Part shown: positions 11,543 through 23,132 of the stretch, piece after piece
Layout: the number at the start of each line of letters is the position of its first letter
Position numbering within the stretch: position 1 is the stretch's first letter
Assembly: GCA_977017575.1 (NCBI GenBank)
Contig: CDRNVI010000009.1
Span: forward strand, 186,001 to 250,000
Reading direction: 5' to 3'
DNA length: 64,000 bases
Origin: Paramoeba atlantica
Taxonomy: Eukaryota; Protista; Discosea
Notes under the pieces: model-generated
What the model saw: only the letters and a program-made list of their open reading frames with translations
What the model was told of the DNA's origin: nothing
Database searches by the model: none
Program-made: the position numbers and the translations under genes

Positions 11543-11668
11543 ACCGAGTGGATGTGCGTTTTTTTGTATTTAAGTGGCCTTTAAAATGTTTTAAAAAAAT
11601 GGGGGAAAAAGGGGAGATTTGAATCTCCCTTTTCTTCCCCCGAATTTCTATATTTTCAGAAAATTTAT

Positions 11669-11790
11669 TACTGTACCCCCCTACTTATCTGTCACTACTT
11701 TTCGCGAAAAGGTGACAGGTAACTAGGGGGGATAGGGGTGTGACAGATAACTAGGCGGATCAGTGTGTGACAGATAACTAGGGAGGGGGT
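11669..11790. mobile_element. Terminal segment of the 615-2228 TIR family, inverted orientation
   Basis: Reverse complement of about 2105-2228 (tactgtaccccc...tgacagataactagg repeats); another end at about 39980-40015. Confidence 0.7.
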
Positions 11791-14457
11791 CTGTCACAAA
11801 AAAAGTCAGAACATGGAATTACAGAAACGGTTTATATTGACGCCGCGCTAAAAGTAGGTAAAACGTAGGTTGGTAAAACTACTAGGTAAAAACGGTTTTA
11901 CGCTAAAAATAATATTACTTGCATTTGTCGAAAAGTCAGTTTCTCCCTTTATAAAACGGCGGGAGTATATAGGATATTGGTACTGTCAAGGGGCAAGTTT
12001 TTCCCTTCGTGGAGTGTCATGATTTAAAAAGGAAGTGATGCAGCACTCTAAAAATAGTGTAAATACGGGCATCTAAGCAAAAGCAAGATAATTTATGAGA
12101 ACCTTTGTAGCCAAGAACGGAATTCGGCATAAAATGCACCAAACGATGTTTAGCTTCATGGAAAAAATGATTTTGACTCTGATATTGTGGGTTAATAACT
12201 TATGACGATTGTGCTAATCGGTACGTACTTTTAGAATTCCTAAACACGATCCGTTGAGTGGCTCACAAAAATATGGAGGACATCTTAACTCCCCGTAATG
12301 AACGGCGATGCGAGTTATGGTCGACAAATTATAGTAAAAGGTCTCACCACTATACTTGTTTTTAAAGATAAGATAAGCGGCATCAAGATCCATGCAAGTA
12401 AGAGAATCAACTATTTCGTCGATTTCTTCTTCCATTTCAACAAATAGAGCTTTGGGATAGGGAACTTTTGGTCTAAAATTATGTTTGAAAATTGTCACTT
12501 ATTACTTTCTACTTTTTATACTCATGTCTAAGGGCAAGTACTGTCATGCCACCCCCTACTTAAGAGCCCACTGATTTCATGCATTTAGACTAAGAAGGGT
12601 GAAACCATTCAGGTTCAGGGTCGGTGCGCCTCGGTGCGCCTGGCGCAATCTATTCCCCTTCTGCTAATTATTTATGTTTATTTATTCGTCCTTTTTATTC
12701 GTTTTTCTGTTTTTTCGTGTATGTATTTATGTTTGTTTGGTTTGGCTGTATTATCCAACTAAGGGACGTAGCCGCCGGAGAAAGCCGGTACTTTTCCAAT
12801 TGTACTGCCTTTGTGCTGTGCGAGCCATGCTATGTTTCCATAGACTTCATTTACTACGCTGACAAATCAGCGTAGCATTGCAGGCAGTCACTTTATCAGC
12901 GGCAGATAAAAAAGATTCCGAATGGCATGCACCCTATTTGTTTGGCATCTTGTTGTATTCGATACCGGGTGGTGTCACTCACGCATGGCCAGAAGGGGGG
13001 CGAAGACGGCGGCAGGGAAGACCGTCGAAGGGGACGGCGACGGTGGGGACGGAGATGGTGGCGGCGGAAATGGTGGCGGCGGAGGGGTGCGGCCCCTCCT
13101 ACCCGAGCTAATAATCCTTGGCTTCCTTTATTGGAGGATTATTGTAAGTCGAGTGTGTGACTTCTTGCGGTCGAGCTTCGGCTCTCGCGCCGTCACTGAT
13201 GTCTCGTACATTCTTCACTTCGCGCAGCTACCTAGGCTGTCACTAGGAGACCATATCTCTTCGGAGACAAACGGTCTTATTTTCTTTCTTTCTTTCATGA
13301 AGATGCATCCAAAACGTCGCTTTGCGGGGTGAAGGAGAGGGAAATGCCATCATACTGGCAGTGGAACACCACTGGTTCAAAGTGGTCACATCAGGTTTCT
13401 GAGCTACCGGCAGAAAATTTGGCAAGTGTTTAAATTTCACCCCTCTAAGTGGGGGAGTCAAGTTACTGAAATTGTTCCTAGTTGATCACAAGCTTCTATA
13501 ACTCATTGGCCCGGCGGCCCCTCCGAGCTTTTCGACCTAACAAAGACTTCCCGAAAACAAGTACTCCCCTTTTAAATAATTTTTATAAATGGGTCATTTA
13601 GGGTCATTTATAAAATTATATTATTTATACAATTTTTTTTTATAAGTTATAAATCAAAAATCGTTAAAGTATGCCCCGAAAACACCCCTCCAGCTGCATA
13701 AATATTACAATGGAGGAGTGGGGTACTGTTTAGGGGAAGTCCGGGTACGTTTACTTCTTTTTGTCGTCTCCTACGAACTCTTTAAAAGAGTAAAGTAAAT
13801 GATTTGTTTGATGTGCTTGAGCCATTATATTTCCCGAAAATATGAGATATGTTACACACTAGCTTTATATCCAATGTGAAAATTTTCTTCTCTATCTTTC
13901 AATCGTAGTGTAACGTCTAATCCAACAATTATTCCTCCAATATCATTTCGCGACAATTCAAATGTCTGGGCCATTAAATCACCTACTGTTTAATGCAAGC
14001 CTTGTGCGACAGCGCTTTCTTCCAGTGGAGACACCGGTGACCATTATACCGGATTCTGAGGAAGTGTCTACAACTCCACCGACTGCAGAAATTGCTACCG
14101 AGCAGAATGCTGTACTCCACAATGAGCGTAAGGTTCGTGTGGACTTAACGATTCAACAAAAATGCAACATGTGCGCTAGTCTGGATGCTGGTCGTACTTT
14201 GGTCAGTGTTTCCCGGGAATACAAAATAGATACTAGTACTCTGCGTAAAATATATCAAAAGAAGCAAGAATTTACAGTACTAATACTATACTCTATAGTA
14301 AATACTACTATAGTAAATCTTTCTTCATTTTTTTATTTTTTTCCTGACCTGGCGGTCTTATCCCCGCTTCATACGGTACTAATACTATACTGTATAATAT
14401 TCACTGTACTAAAACAAAATACAACTACTACGTATAACCCACATAATGTTAAGTCAA

Positions 14458-14829
14458 TTATGTTCTGTAAATTGAAAAATACGGGAAATGCATTATCACG
14501 TGACACGTAACTTTTCGAAAGCTCGCGAGTGCGGTGCTACTTTCCAAAATTGGACAAGTTTTACACATTTTAGACCCCCCCATATTTTCTTGCATCCCCC
14601 TGTATAAGACGGACAGCAAAATGTGCTCAGACTTTGCTCGGTCGATTCCTGCATCAACGGCAATTCCGTACACCATGTGTAAGTCAATGGCAGCGCAAAG
14701 CTTCTCCCAGACTTCGTGGGCTAAAATTTCACAGTGTTGATGCCATTGCTTCAAATTTGTTTCCGGAATAGCCTTTTTGATAACATTGGGTGGAAGGTCG
14801 GGGCGGAGATCCTCATACTTGCGAATCAC
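14458..14829 (-). mobile_element. Transposase-like fragment (possibly hAT), homologous to 25903-26172
   Basis: HEVWEKLCAAIDLHMVYGIAVDAGIDRAKSEHIL versus EHVWGGIRSSVDEYDVCGMAINAGIIRLHHEHVL; the hAT assignment is inference. Confidence 0.4.
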
Positions 14830-14854
14830 TTTCTGCAGAAGTGCTTTACTTTCC

Positions 14855-14975
14855 CGTGCACCAGATACAATCTGAACGGCATCCTTTACCCACGTAATAT
14901 CGGGGTCCGTTCCATGAAAAAACCGAAATTTATCGAAACGAACTTCGAAATCAAAAAACAGATCTTACCTCCTTG
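14855..14975 (-). mobile_element. Deletion derivative of the Harbinger-like element at 47459-48794
   Basis: The reverse complement matches 48500-48585 almost exactly and is joined to a match of 47459-47500. Confidence 0.75.
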
Positions 14976-15682
14976 AGAAATTCAATTCCCCTTCCTCCTA
15001 CGGTATTGTTCAAGTCCAATGCAGAAGAGGAAAAGTCCTACATATTGCGAGACGCTCGGCGTCATGTTGCTCGGACACTCGACAACGCTTTGAAAGTGTA
15101 CGTCATTTCGACTGGTTGGATAAACCGTCAAGTATTTGAAGAGAACACGCACGATCAAGCTTCCTTACTTGGAGGTTCGCAACCTGCGACAGCTCTTGTG
15201 GTGGACGAGTACACAGCCCATCGGGTTCATAGAATCCCCAGTAATTGCGACTTCCACAGAATTCCTGGGGGTTGCACTTATTTCGTTCAAGTACACGATT
15301 TTCGGATTATTGTATTCTTCAAAAGAGAATACGAATTAGCCTTACGGCCCTGGCGCCTAAAAGCTGGTGATCACATAAAAGTGAATCGCCATGTAGTATT
15401 AGGGCTGATTAAGGTTGCTCATGAAGTTACTTGGGCAAAGTATGGCGCCCAGATACAAAAAATATGCCAAACCCATCTCTTTGAGCCCATGACCAAATAT
15501 CCATGGAATTGGAACTCTAAGGATGAAACATCTAACTCAAGGCGAAAGCTAAAAAAGAGAGCCAAGGTATCTGTTCGAAACGAAAGCAGTACGAAACCCA
15601 ATAAGATACCAATATCACCAGAAACCGGAAGGCGATTAATAGCCTCTGCGTTGGCTTCACGGAATACACTTTTCCAAAAATA

Positions 15683-15759
15683 TGATCAATCAACAAGATT
15701 ATCTGATCAATCAACAAGATTATCTGATCAATCAACAAGATTATCTGATCAATCAACAA
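15683..15759 (+). repeat. 21-bp tandem repeat (about 3.5 copies), encodes DQSTRLS
   Basis: tgatcaatcaacaagattatc repeated. Confidence 0.9.
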
Positions 15760-16184
15760 AATTAAATAAGATTGATGTAGATGCTCTGCCATCAACTGAA
15801 CAAACGAGTACTTCCTATAAAGGGGATCGATGGAACGCTATCCGTCGCCGGGGCTCTCTTATTCCATGTGGACTTCTCGATATTTTATGCAACCGAGTAG
15901 TTGAGAAAAAAAGACACAAACGGGTGTAAAAGTCGCACTGTGGAATGCGTGGCAAACACAGGCACTTCTTGGGTTTGGGACTCCCGGAACTCGATCCTGT
16001 GCCGGAGTTGTACGCATACTTGTATTACGAAGTTCACTTCGTACTTGTTCGGGTCTCTTCCAATACCCTTCTAGTCTTTGAAAGTGTAAAGCAACACGCT
16101 CTTCGTGCAGCCATGGACAACTTAAATCGCTTTGTGGAAAGCTTAAAATTATCGCACGAACGATATCATGGACTACAGGTCACA

Positions 16185-16353
16185 TACAGGGGTGTAAATT
16201 TGGGTGTGGGGGGGGTCTAAAATTTGTAAAACTTAGCCAATTTTGGAAAATAATAGCGCATTCGAGAGCTCCCTGTTCGGGAGCTATTATTTTCCAAAAT
16301 TGCGCAAACATAGCTAATTTTAGACCCCCCAGCATCTGATTTGCACCCCTGTA
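16185..16353. mobile_element. MITE, TACAGGGG-terminal family
   Basis: tacaggggtgtaaat...ggggtctaaaatt and aattttagacccccc...ttgcacccctgta; related ends at about 14605, 24274, 27249 and 29280. Confidence 0.75.
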
Positions 16354-16700
16354 TACGGACTTAGTCCGAACTGCTACATGGGCAAAGGCGGGGTCATTCG
16401 CCGAGCGCTACGCCTCGGAACATAAAATATCGGAGAGAGCAGAAGCTGTCGCTGCCGGTCACCGTTTTGAAGCGATGGTTGTAGAATCCTTTGGATACTG
16501 GTCCAAAAGTGCCCTGGCCATCATAAAAAGCGTCGGGAAACACCGAGCTTCAACCTCCAATGGCACTTTGAGCCATGCACAGGCCATAGCACAACTCATA
16601 AGGGGTATGAACATAGCCCTCATGCGTACACAGGCACGGATGTTGGTCCGACGTCTCCCGGATGAAGATCCCACTGGCCAACTCGTCACACATGACGACC
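16354..16700 (+). mobile_element. CRE-clade non-LTR retrotransposon, 3' fragment A (REL C-terminus)
   Basis: DLVRTATWAKAGSFAERY...FEAMVVESFGYW...MNIALMRTQARML, homologous to fragment B. Confidence 0.7.
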
Positions 16701-16761
16701 GGCTGGATTCATTCCGAGAGAGCACGAGTGCTGGTCGTTTGCGCCCATGAACAACTGGGCG

Positions 16762-16964
16762 GGATGTTGGTCGGGTCGACAGGGTCTATACTCATGCCTA
16801 GCCCGCGAGGGCTAGGTACCCCAAGTGAGGTAGTACACGGGTAGTGAATCTCCTCCCCGTCGGCCAGCATCCTGTTTCGCGACCGTGTCGCTGTCGACAC
16901 AAGCCCGCGCCTGCGCCCTCCCATAACAAGGGAAAGGTTCACAAGTCAGGCCGCGAAGAGGTCG
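16762..16964 (+). ncRNA. ~205-nt structured cassette, copy 1 (candidate)
   Basis: 13-bp outer stem GGATGTTGGTCGG/TCGGCCAGCATCC with internal hairpins; near-identical copy at 35182-35386 (-). Confidence 0.55.
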
Positions 16965-18038
16965 TTCAGTAGCTTTCGCTTCCGACAAGGATCGATGGGA
17001 TGCAAATGAGGCTGAGGGCTTTTCTTCCGCCGTGGAGGACATTAGCCGGCGTGTAGGGGGGTGTATGGTGGACAAATCTACCAGGAAAATCCACAAAGAC
17101 TCCGTCATAAAGAGGTGCCCCTTCTCGCCCTCCCCCGATATTGACCTTTCTCAGGATTTGGCGATTCCTCGACAACGCGATCTCAGTCATGCGATTTCAG
17201 CAAGAGACTTTGAGGAAGATTACGCAAGAGCGGATCCCCGCACTCGGGCTAGGTGGCTCTCACAAACGGGCGACGGGGCATCCAACTGGGCCTTCACGGT
17301 TCCCTCAACTCTATGCTGTCATGCCTACACCCCTACTGAATTTCGGACTCTGATTCGTTGGTGGCTCGGGGAGAGTATATACCCTCAAGGTCACAACTGC
17401 CCGATTCCGAATTATCGCCTCCCACTCGGCCCTGAAGGGGACCATGCGCTAGCCTGCAAGTGCGGCCACGGAATCATTACAAGGCACAATGCCCTAGCGG
17501 AACAGTTCTCCGCTGAATGCAGCAAGGCCGGGTTGAGCCCACAGAGAGACATGTAAGGCAGACCCATGTACAGCAGCCCAAATATACGGACAACGTCCGG
17601 AATGCTAACTGGGTGGCCGCGGGGTCATTCGCGGAACACTACTCCACGAATAACAAGGCCAAAGAAAGAGCAGAGGCCGAAGCCGCCGGCTACGATTTCA
17701 CCGCAATGACGGTGGAGTCGTATGGGTCCTTGAACGCCAGTGCTCTAGGGACCATCCGGAAAGTGGGCACCCGTCGGGCGGAAACATCCAACGGCAGTGT
17801 CTCCGCCAGCCTGGCCACGGCTAGGTTGGTAAGGGACCTGAACGTGACCCTGATGAGGGCACAGGGCAGGATATTAATTGGAAAGTTGCCTGGGGAAGAT
17901 ATAGAATAGGTTTTCGTTTTGTTTTTTGTTCTTCCATTTAGATGTTTTTACTTTTCTTTGTAGATGTTGTTGTTTCCTTATAGATGTACAGTGTTATATG
18001 AAATTATTCGTAGATTTTCTTTGTAGATGTAAAAAAAA
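16965..18038 (+). mobile_element. CRE-clade non-LTR retrotransposon, 5'-truncated fragment B with 3' tail
   Basis: ARWLSQTGDGASNW...EFRTLIRWWLG...DHALACKCGHGIITRHNAL (zinc-knuckle/RHN), TVESYG...LMRAQG; T-rich UTR ending in an A8 tail. Confidence 0.8.
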
Positions 18039-18150
18039 CAAGTTTGATATACATTGATATACTATAGTTTAGTTGGGATACATTGATATAGTTTGATGTA
18101 GGATAAATGGGGAGAGCGCCCTACCTAGACAAGACCCGGACACATATAGA

Positions 18151-18472
18151 TACTGTGACCCCCCCTTTATACTTCGCCCATTTTGAGCAGTAACGAAGTA
18201 TAAAGGGGGGGTCTGAATTTTTTCCCCGCTGTGAAAAAAAGTGTAAAATAAAAGGCCGCGCCGCTTCGCGGCGCGGCTCCTCCAGTTTTCCCTTCTATAT
18301 CACCTTCCATTTCTAGAAGGGAAGACTTAGAACGGTCTTGTTGGGTTTCTAATTTTTTTTGAAAAAATACGAAAAATTAGAACAACAGTCGCCCTCCTTT
18401 CGGGGGGGACACACGAAAAACGAAGTATAAAGGGGGGGGCTGACCAGCGAAGTATAAAGGGGGGTCACAGTA
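18151..18472. mobile_element. MITE, TACTGTGACCCC family
   Basis: TIRs tactgtgacccccctttatacttcg / cgaagtataaaggggggtcacagta; central GC hairpin. Confidence 0.85.
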
Positions 18473-18571
18473 TGTACACAGTACGTAATCTTTGAAATTA
18501 TTCGTTTGATAGTTGTAAATGAATTCTCTTTTTGTGCTTGGCGATGGATTCCCCGATCGCATAGTTTAGAT

Positions 18572-18688
18572 TGTGAGGGTTGGTAGTCCTAATCTGGGCT
18601 TACCCAGAGAGGGTCCACCAACCCGTCATTATCACGGCGCTATAGACGCGCCATGGCAGGCCTGGCACCATGAAGGCCGGAAAAAAAA
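18572..18688 (+). mobile_element. ~117-bp poly(A)-tailed short repeat, copy 1
   Basis: Inverted near-identical copy at 20068-20185; both end in an A8-9 run. Confidence 0.6.
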
Positions 18689-19512
18689 GGCACATTCATG
18701 GATACTCAGGCACATCCCACTGAAGGGGCCGACGACACGCAAGAAGTGGTCTCTCCAGCATCCGAACAAGTCGAATGTCGAAAAGGCTTCAATACGCTGT
18801 CGGGAAACTCATCTAGAGAAAAATTAGGAAAACTAAAATAAATACTGTTACTATAGTAAATAAATAAAGTTAGTAATAGTAAATACGAAACGAAATATTG
18901 CAACTGCAAACGTATAATTTATGCAGACACCGTGATACATGATTGAAGTTTGATACAGACATCCTTTGAAAGGAAGGATACATACACGACAAGATGTGTA
19001 TGAAGCCTCGCTCGCAATAATTTAACTTAACACTAATAAATTGAGGTACAGTGAGTCGTTGGTTCAATGAATGAAGCCGAGCACACCATCATTCTCGGAA
19101 TCTTTATCACGTCTATTATTCGGACGACAACCCTACATATACACACGTTTAAACCACCAGAATTATACAGAACTGTACTACTTCAACTAGTCTCTACTTG
19201 TATTACTAGGAATCTATGCTGAATTAGCATTCTTACTACTCTTACTAGCGGAACTACTCTAGGAAAGGCCGCTCCATTAAAACCTAGAAACCCTCCACTA
19301 AACGAGTAACTACGACTCAATCGCACTGGTCATTTAGGGTCCCACTAATTTACGCATCATCTAAGATGCAGGGATACCACACTTACAAAAGGTATGGCAT
19401 ATCAAAAACGCAAGTCAAAAGCGAGTCAGAGTCCACACGTGGAACTGTAGTCATCCAGACCGACACTGTATCCAACTGCCATGGCAATTCCACGAGAGGC
19501 AGTACCCTTGAT

Positions 19513-19990
19513 GCGAGCGGTCATATTCTGTATCAAACGCCATATTCTCTATCAAATCAACGTGACTGATTCAACGCTACACGCGGATCTACACTCCATG
19601 CGAGCGGATCTACGCTGCATCAAATCAGCATGAGTGACTCCACGCTGCTAAAACAGCGGCTCCACACTCCATGCGAGCGGCTCCACGCTGTGTCAAACAG
19701 CGGCTCCACGCTCCATCAAATCAGCATGAGTGGCTCCACGCTGCTAAAACAGCGGCTCCACACTCCATGCGAGCGGCACCACGCTGCGAGCGGTCATATT
19801 CTGTATCAAACGCCATATTCTCTATCAAATCAACATGACTGATTCAACGCTACACGCGGATCTACACTCCATGCGAGCGGTTCGACGCTGCATCAAATCA
19901 GCATGAGTGGCTCCACGCTGCTAAAACAGCGGCTCCACACTCTATGCGAGCGGCTCCACGCTGTATCAAACAGCGGCTCCACGCTCTATC
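19513..19990 (+). repeat. Higher-order tandem repeat (about 272-bp unit built from gcggctccacgctg-like subunits)
   Basis: gcgagcggtcatattctgtatcaaacgcc recurs at about 19513 and 19785. Confidence 0.8.
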
Positions 19991-20067
19991 GAATCTGCTT
20001 GAATTCCGCCGAATTAGTTTTCGGATTTTGGTGCAGGCCGGGTTTCAAGCCCGGTGTCGTCAAAACA

Positions 20068-20185
20068 TTTTTTTTTCTGGCCTTCATGGTGCCAGGCCTG
20101 CCATGGCGCGTATACTGCGCCGTGATAATGACGGGTTGGTGGACCCTCTCTGGGTAAGCCCAGATTAGGACTACCAACCCTCACA
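20068..20185 (-). mobile_element. ~117-bp poly(A)-tailed short repeat, copy 2
   Basis: Reverse complement of 18572-18688. Confidence 0.6.
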
Positions 20186-20259
20186 TTATCACAACCTACG
20201 TATGCGCCTAGATACTGGTTCCAGGCCGGTGGGTGACAGGCATGCCTTTGGGGCTGTTG

Positions 20260-20450
<191 letters not shown>

Positions 20451-23132
20451 TCCTTCCATCTATCTTCCTCACACTTCGCTTCAATGATACTAGGTATCAA
20501 CGAAGCGACGCCGGGCTTGGAACCGGTATCTAGCGTGTTTTCGTAGGTGGTGATAATGATAATGTGGTTATGACAAGGCCTTATTATGATAAGGCCTTTC
20601 AAATAATTTTTGTTGATTAATTTATGTAGAAAAGCAATGAATGTTACTTGAATCCAAATATCGGGTTTGGGCTTAAAGTTTGTAATTTTTTCTTTCGAAT
20701 CTCTACAATTGAGTCGAGTACTTCATGGAATTCTTTCACCGTGCTCTGCCACACATTACCCAATCCCTTTATTTATGCACCCCCCCTTTAAGAGTTTATG
20801 CATCCCCCCTTTATTATGCACCCCCCTTTAATATGCACACGTTTTTGGAGTTTGTGCATATTAAAGGGGGGGTGCATAATAAGGGGGGGGGGGATAAAAA
20901 CAATTGCGCCGCTTATTTCCTCTCATAGTGTATAATTGGTCCTTGGAAATGCTGTTTTTGCTAATATTGGCGTTGTGTTGCGCCTTGTATTGCTTTATTG
21001 CGCTTTGTTGCTACTTTTCGCTCGACCATCTCTATAGCAAGAAATTTTCTATACCACTTCGTGCCAAGTTGAATGGCAAATGAAAAGCACGTAAAATGTT
21101 CTTTGCAATGTTTCAAGAGCGTTACCCTAGATATTTAGTATCTTGTTATGTTGGCACCGGGCAAGCCTGCGTAAGCTCACGCGAAAGTTAGCTAGGGAGG
21201 TGGGGTGTGCCATGCCTCTGCACCTTAGGTAATGCAACAAGGTGCCCCTTGACCAAAAAAATATTCTTGCTTTTGAGAATGAAAAAAAAGCACGTCACAC
21301 ATTCCAAAGATTAAGCTGAATGACACCCACCCTAGTTCCTTAATACCTTGTTATATTCGGTACCGGGGGGTGCCATTCTCCTTCAGCGTTGTCTGGATGC
21401 CATCTACCCTAGTTTTTTGGTGTCTCGTTATGTTGGCACCGGGTAGTGTCATCTTCAAAAAAAGACTCTGAATCCAGCTCACCCTAGTTGTTTGGCGTCT
21501 TCTTATGTTGGCGCCGGGTGATCTAGCTCGGGAAGCTGGGGTCGCTACGCCCCATCATTCGACAAAAGTCGAATGCTCTGACATTGCCCTGATAAACTTT
21601 TAGGTATCCGAAGTGACTTTCCAAACAGAATAAAAAAAGGAAACAAATCAGTGAAAGTGAAGCAAATTTAGCCTTTTGTTTTTAAAGTGTTTATTTTGCC
21701 GATTTTTGTAATCATTTTTTTGGTTTTAAAGGATTTTTCTTGTACACCAATGCTTTGCCGGGGGTGTACGTGGTTTCCTTGCCGACGAGAGCTGACATTA
21801 GGCAAGGTTTCCCTTTGGACGGAAGTGGAATGCGTAGAGTGGTTGAAGTGACAAATTGGTTGCCCAGAAGGTTGTGTGTTACAAAACATTGCATAAAGCA
21901 CCTAAGAATATGAAACTTGTTGAAGGGAAATGGAGGTGCAGCAAGAAATGCCACAGAAAGTACGACGCACTAGGGCCCATGGTGCCCGGCCGAGCGCATA
22001 GGAGCGCGAAGCAAATGATTGGTACAAAAAAGACTAAATTTACTTCACTTTAACCAAAAAATCAAATCAAATTTACCCAATCGGTCCCACTACACGAACT
22101 TACTTCAGCTTTAATTTCGTGCACTTTAAAGGGGGGGTCCCACTACACCAACTTTCCGCAGCCTGCATTTTGTGCATATTAAAGGGGCGTAAAGGGGGGG
22201 GGGTGCATATTAAAGGGGGGGTCACAATATTTCTCTTCATATTCACAAAATTAAATATCAGCTCTCTTTTGTACGCATGTGTTCTCTTCAATTTAAGAAA
22301 AAATGATCTTTTTAACTTTCGAGCCTTGGGGCACATGAGTGCACCATTACCCTGCGGAAGCACCTACAGTGGTAAAAACTTCCTTCTGGGGGGATCTAAA
22401 TTTTGCAAAAAATATCCAATTTTAGAGAAAAATATTGTAGTGCCGCTTGATAAGAAGTCGCGTTGTAGTCTCCAACTTCTTCTTTTTGTTGTTCAATTCC
22501 ACGGCTCAAAATCTCTGAGAACAAAGAAATTCTCTGAGAACAAAGAACAGTTCTCGGAACAACATAGTATGTAGATCATTCTAAAAACCGAATTTGGCGT
22601 TCGAAGCGGTTAAAACCGAAGTCTACGCAAAACCATCATGATTCAGAAGAAGTGAGTAAAATGTGTTTCAAAGAGAAGTTGGTTCACTTTAGAGCGCGGG
22701 TCGAACACATTCTTTTTGCTTTCTTTTTGCATTCTTTCTTCCTAGTAATCCCCTAGTGCTCTCGTGAGGTAAAAATCTTGATCACAACCACGAATAGGGG
22801 GACCATAAAATAAGATTGTAAGGCCTTAAAAATATCCCCTCATAAGCAAAAAGTTATGAACTCAATTAAATTATATCCAAACTGACAAAACAAAAAACTC
22901 TGTGCGCATTTCCAAATTTTTATAAGAAAACATGTAGAAAAGTATTCAAAAAAAGCGCAGTTTTTTTGGGCGAAAGTAAATAAATAAGGGGGGGTGCTGA
23001 TTCATCGTCTGGATGAAAGTCGAACTACAAATATAAAGGGGGTTCACCCCCTGAAGGATAAAGGGGGCGGAGTGACAGTAGCAGCAAAGTTGAACTATAT
23101 TTCGAAATAAAAAAATCAAATTACCCAGCAGC

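Larger units (their letters stand above)
13962..15929 (+). mobile_element. pogo/Tigger-like transposase split by nested insertions
   Basis: CENP-B/psq-type HTH RKVRVDLTIQQK...YKIDTSTLRKIYQKK (about 14120-14270). DDE_1 motifs STGWINRQVF, LVVDEYTAH, IPGGCTYFVQVHD lie in 14973-15929. The interval 14270-14975 is foreign. Confidence 0.75.

Noticed and set aside
20030-20062. tRNA T-arm-like ccggg-tttcaag-cccgg
   Set aside because: Loop off consensus; no matching acceptor 5' strand, D-arm or anticodon arm upstream.
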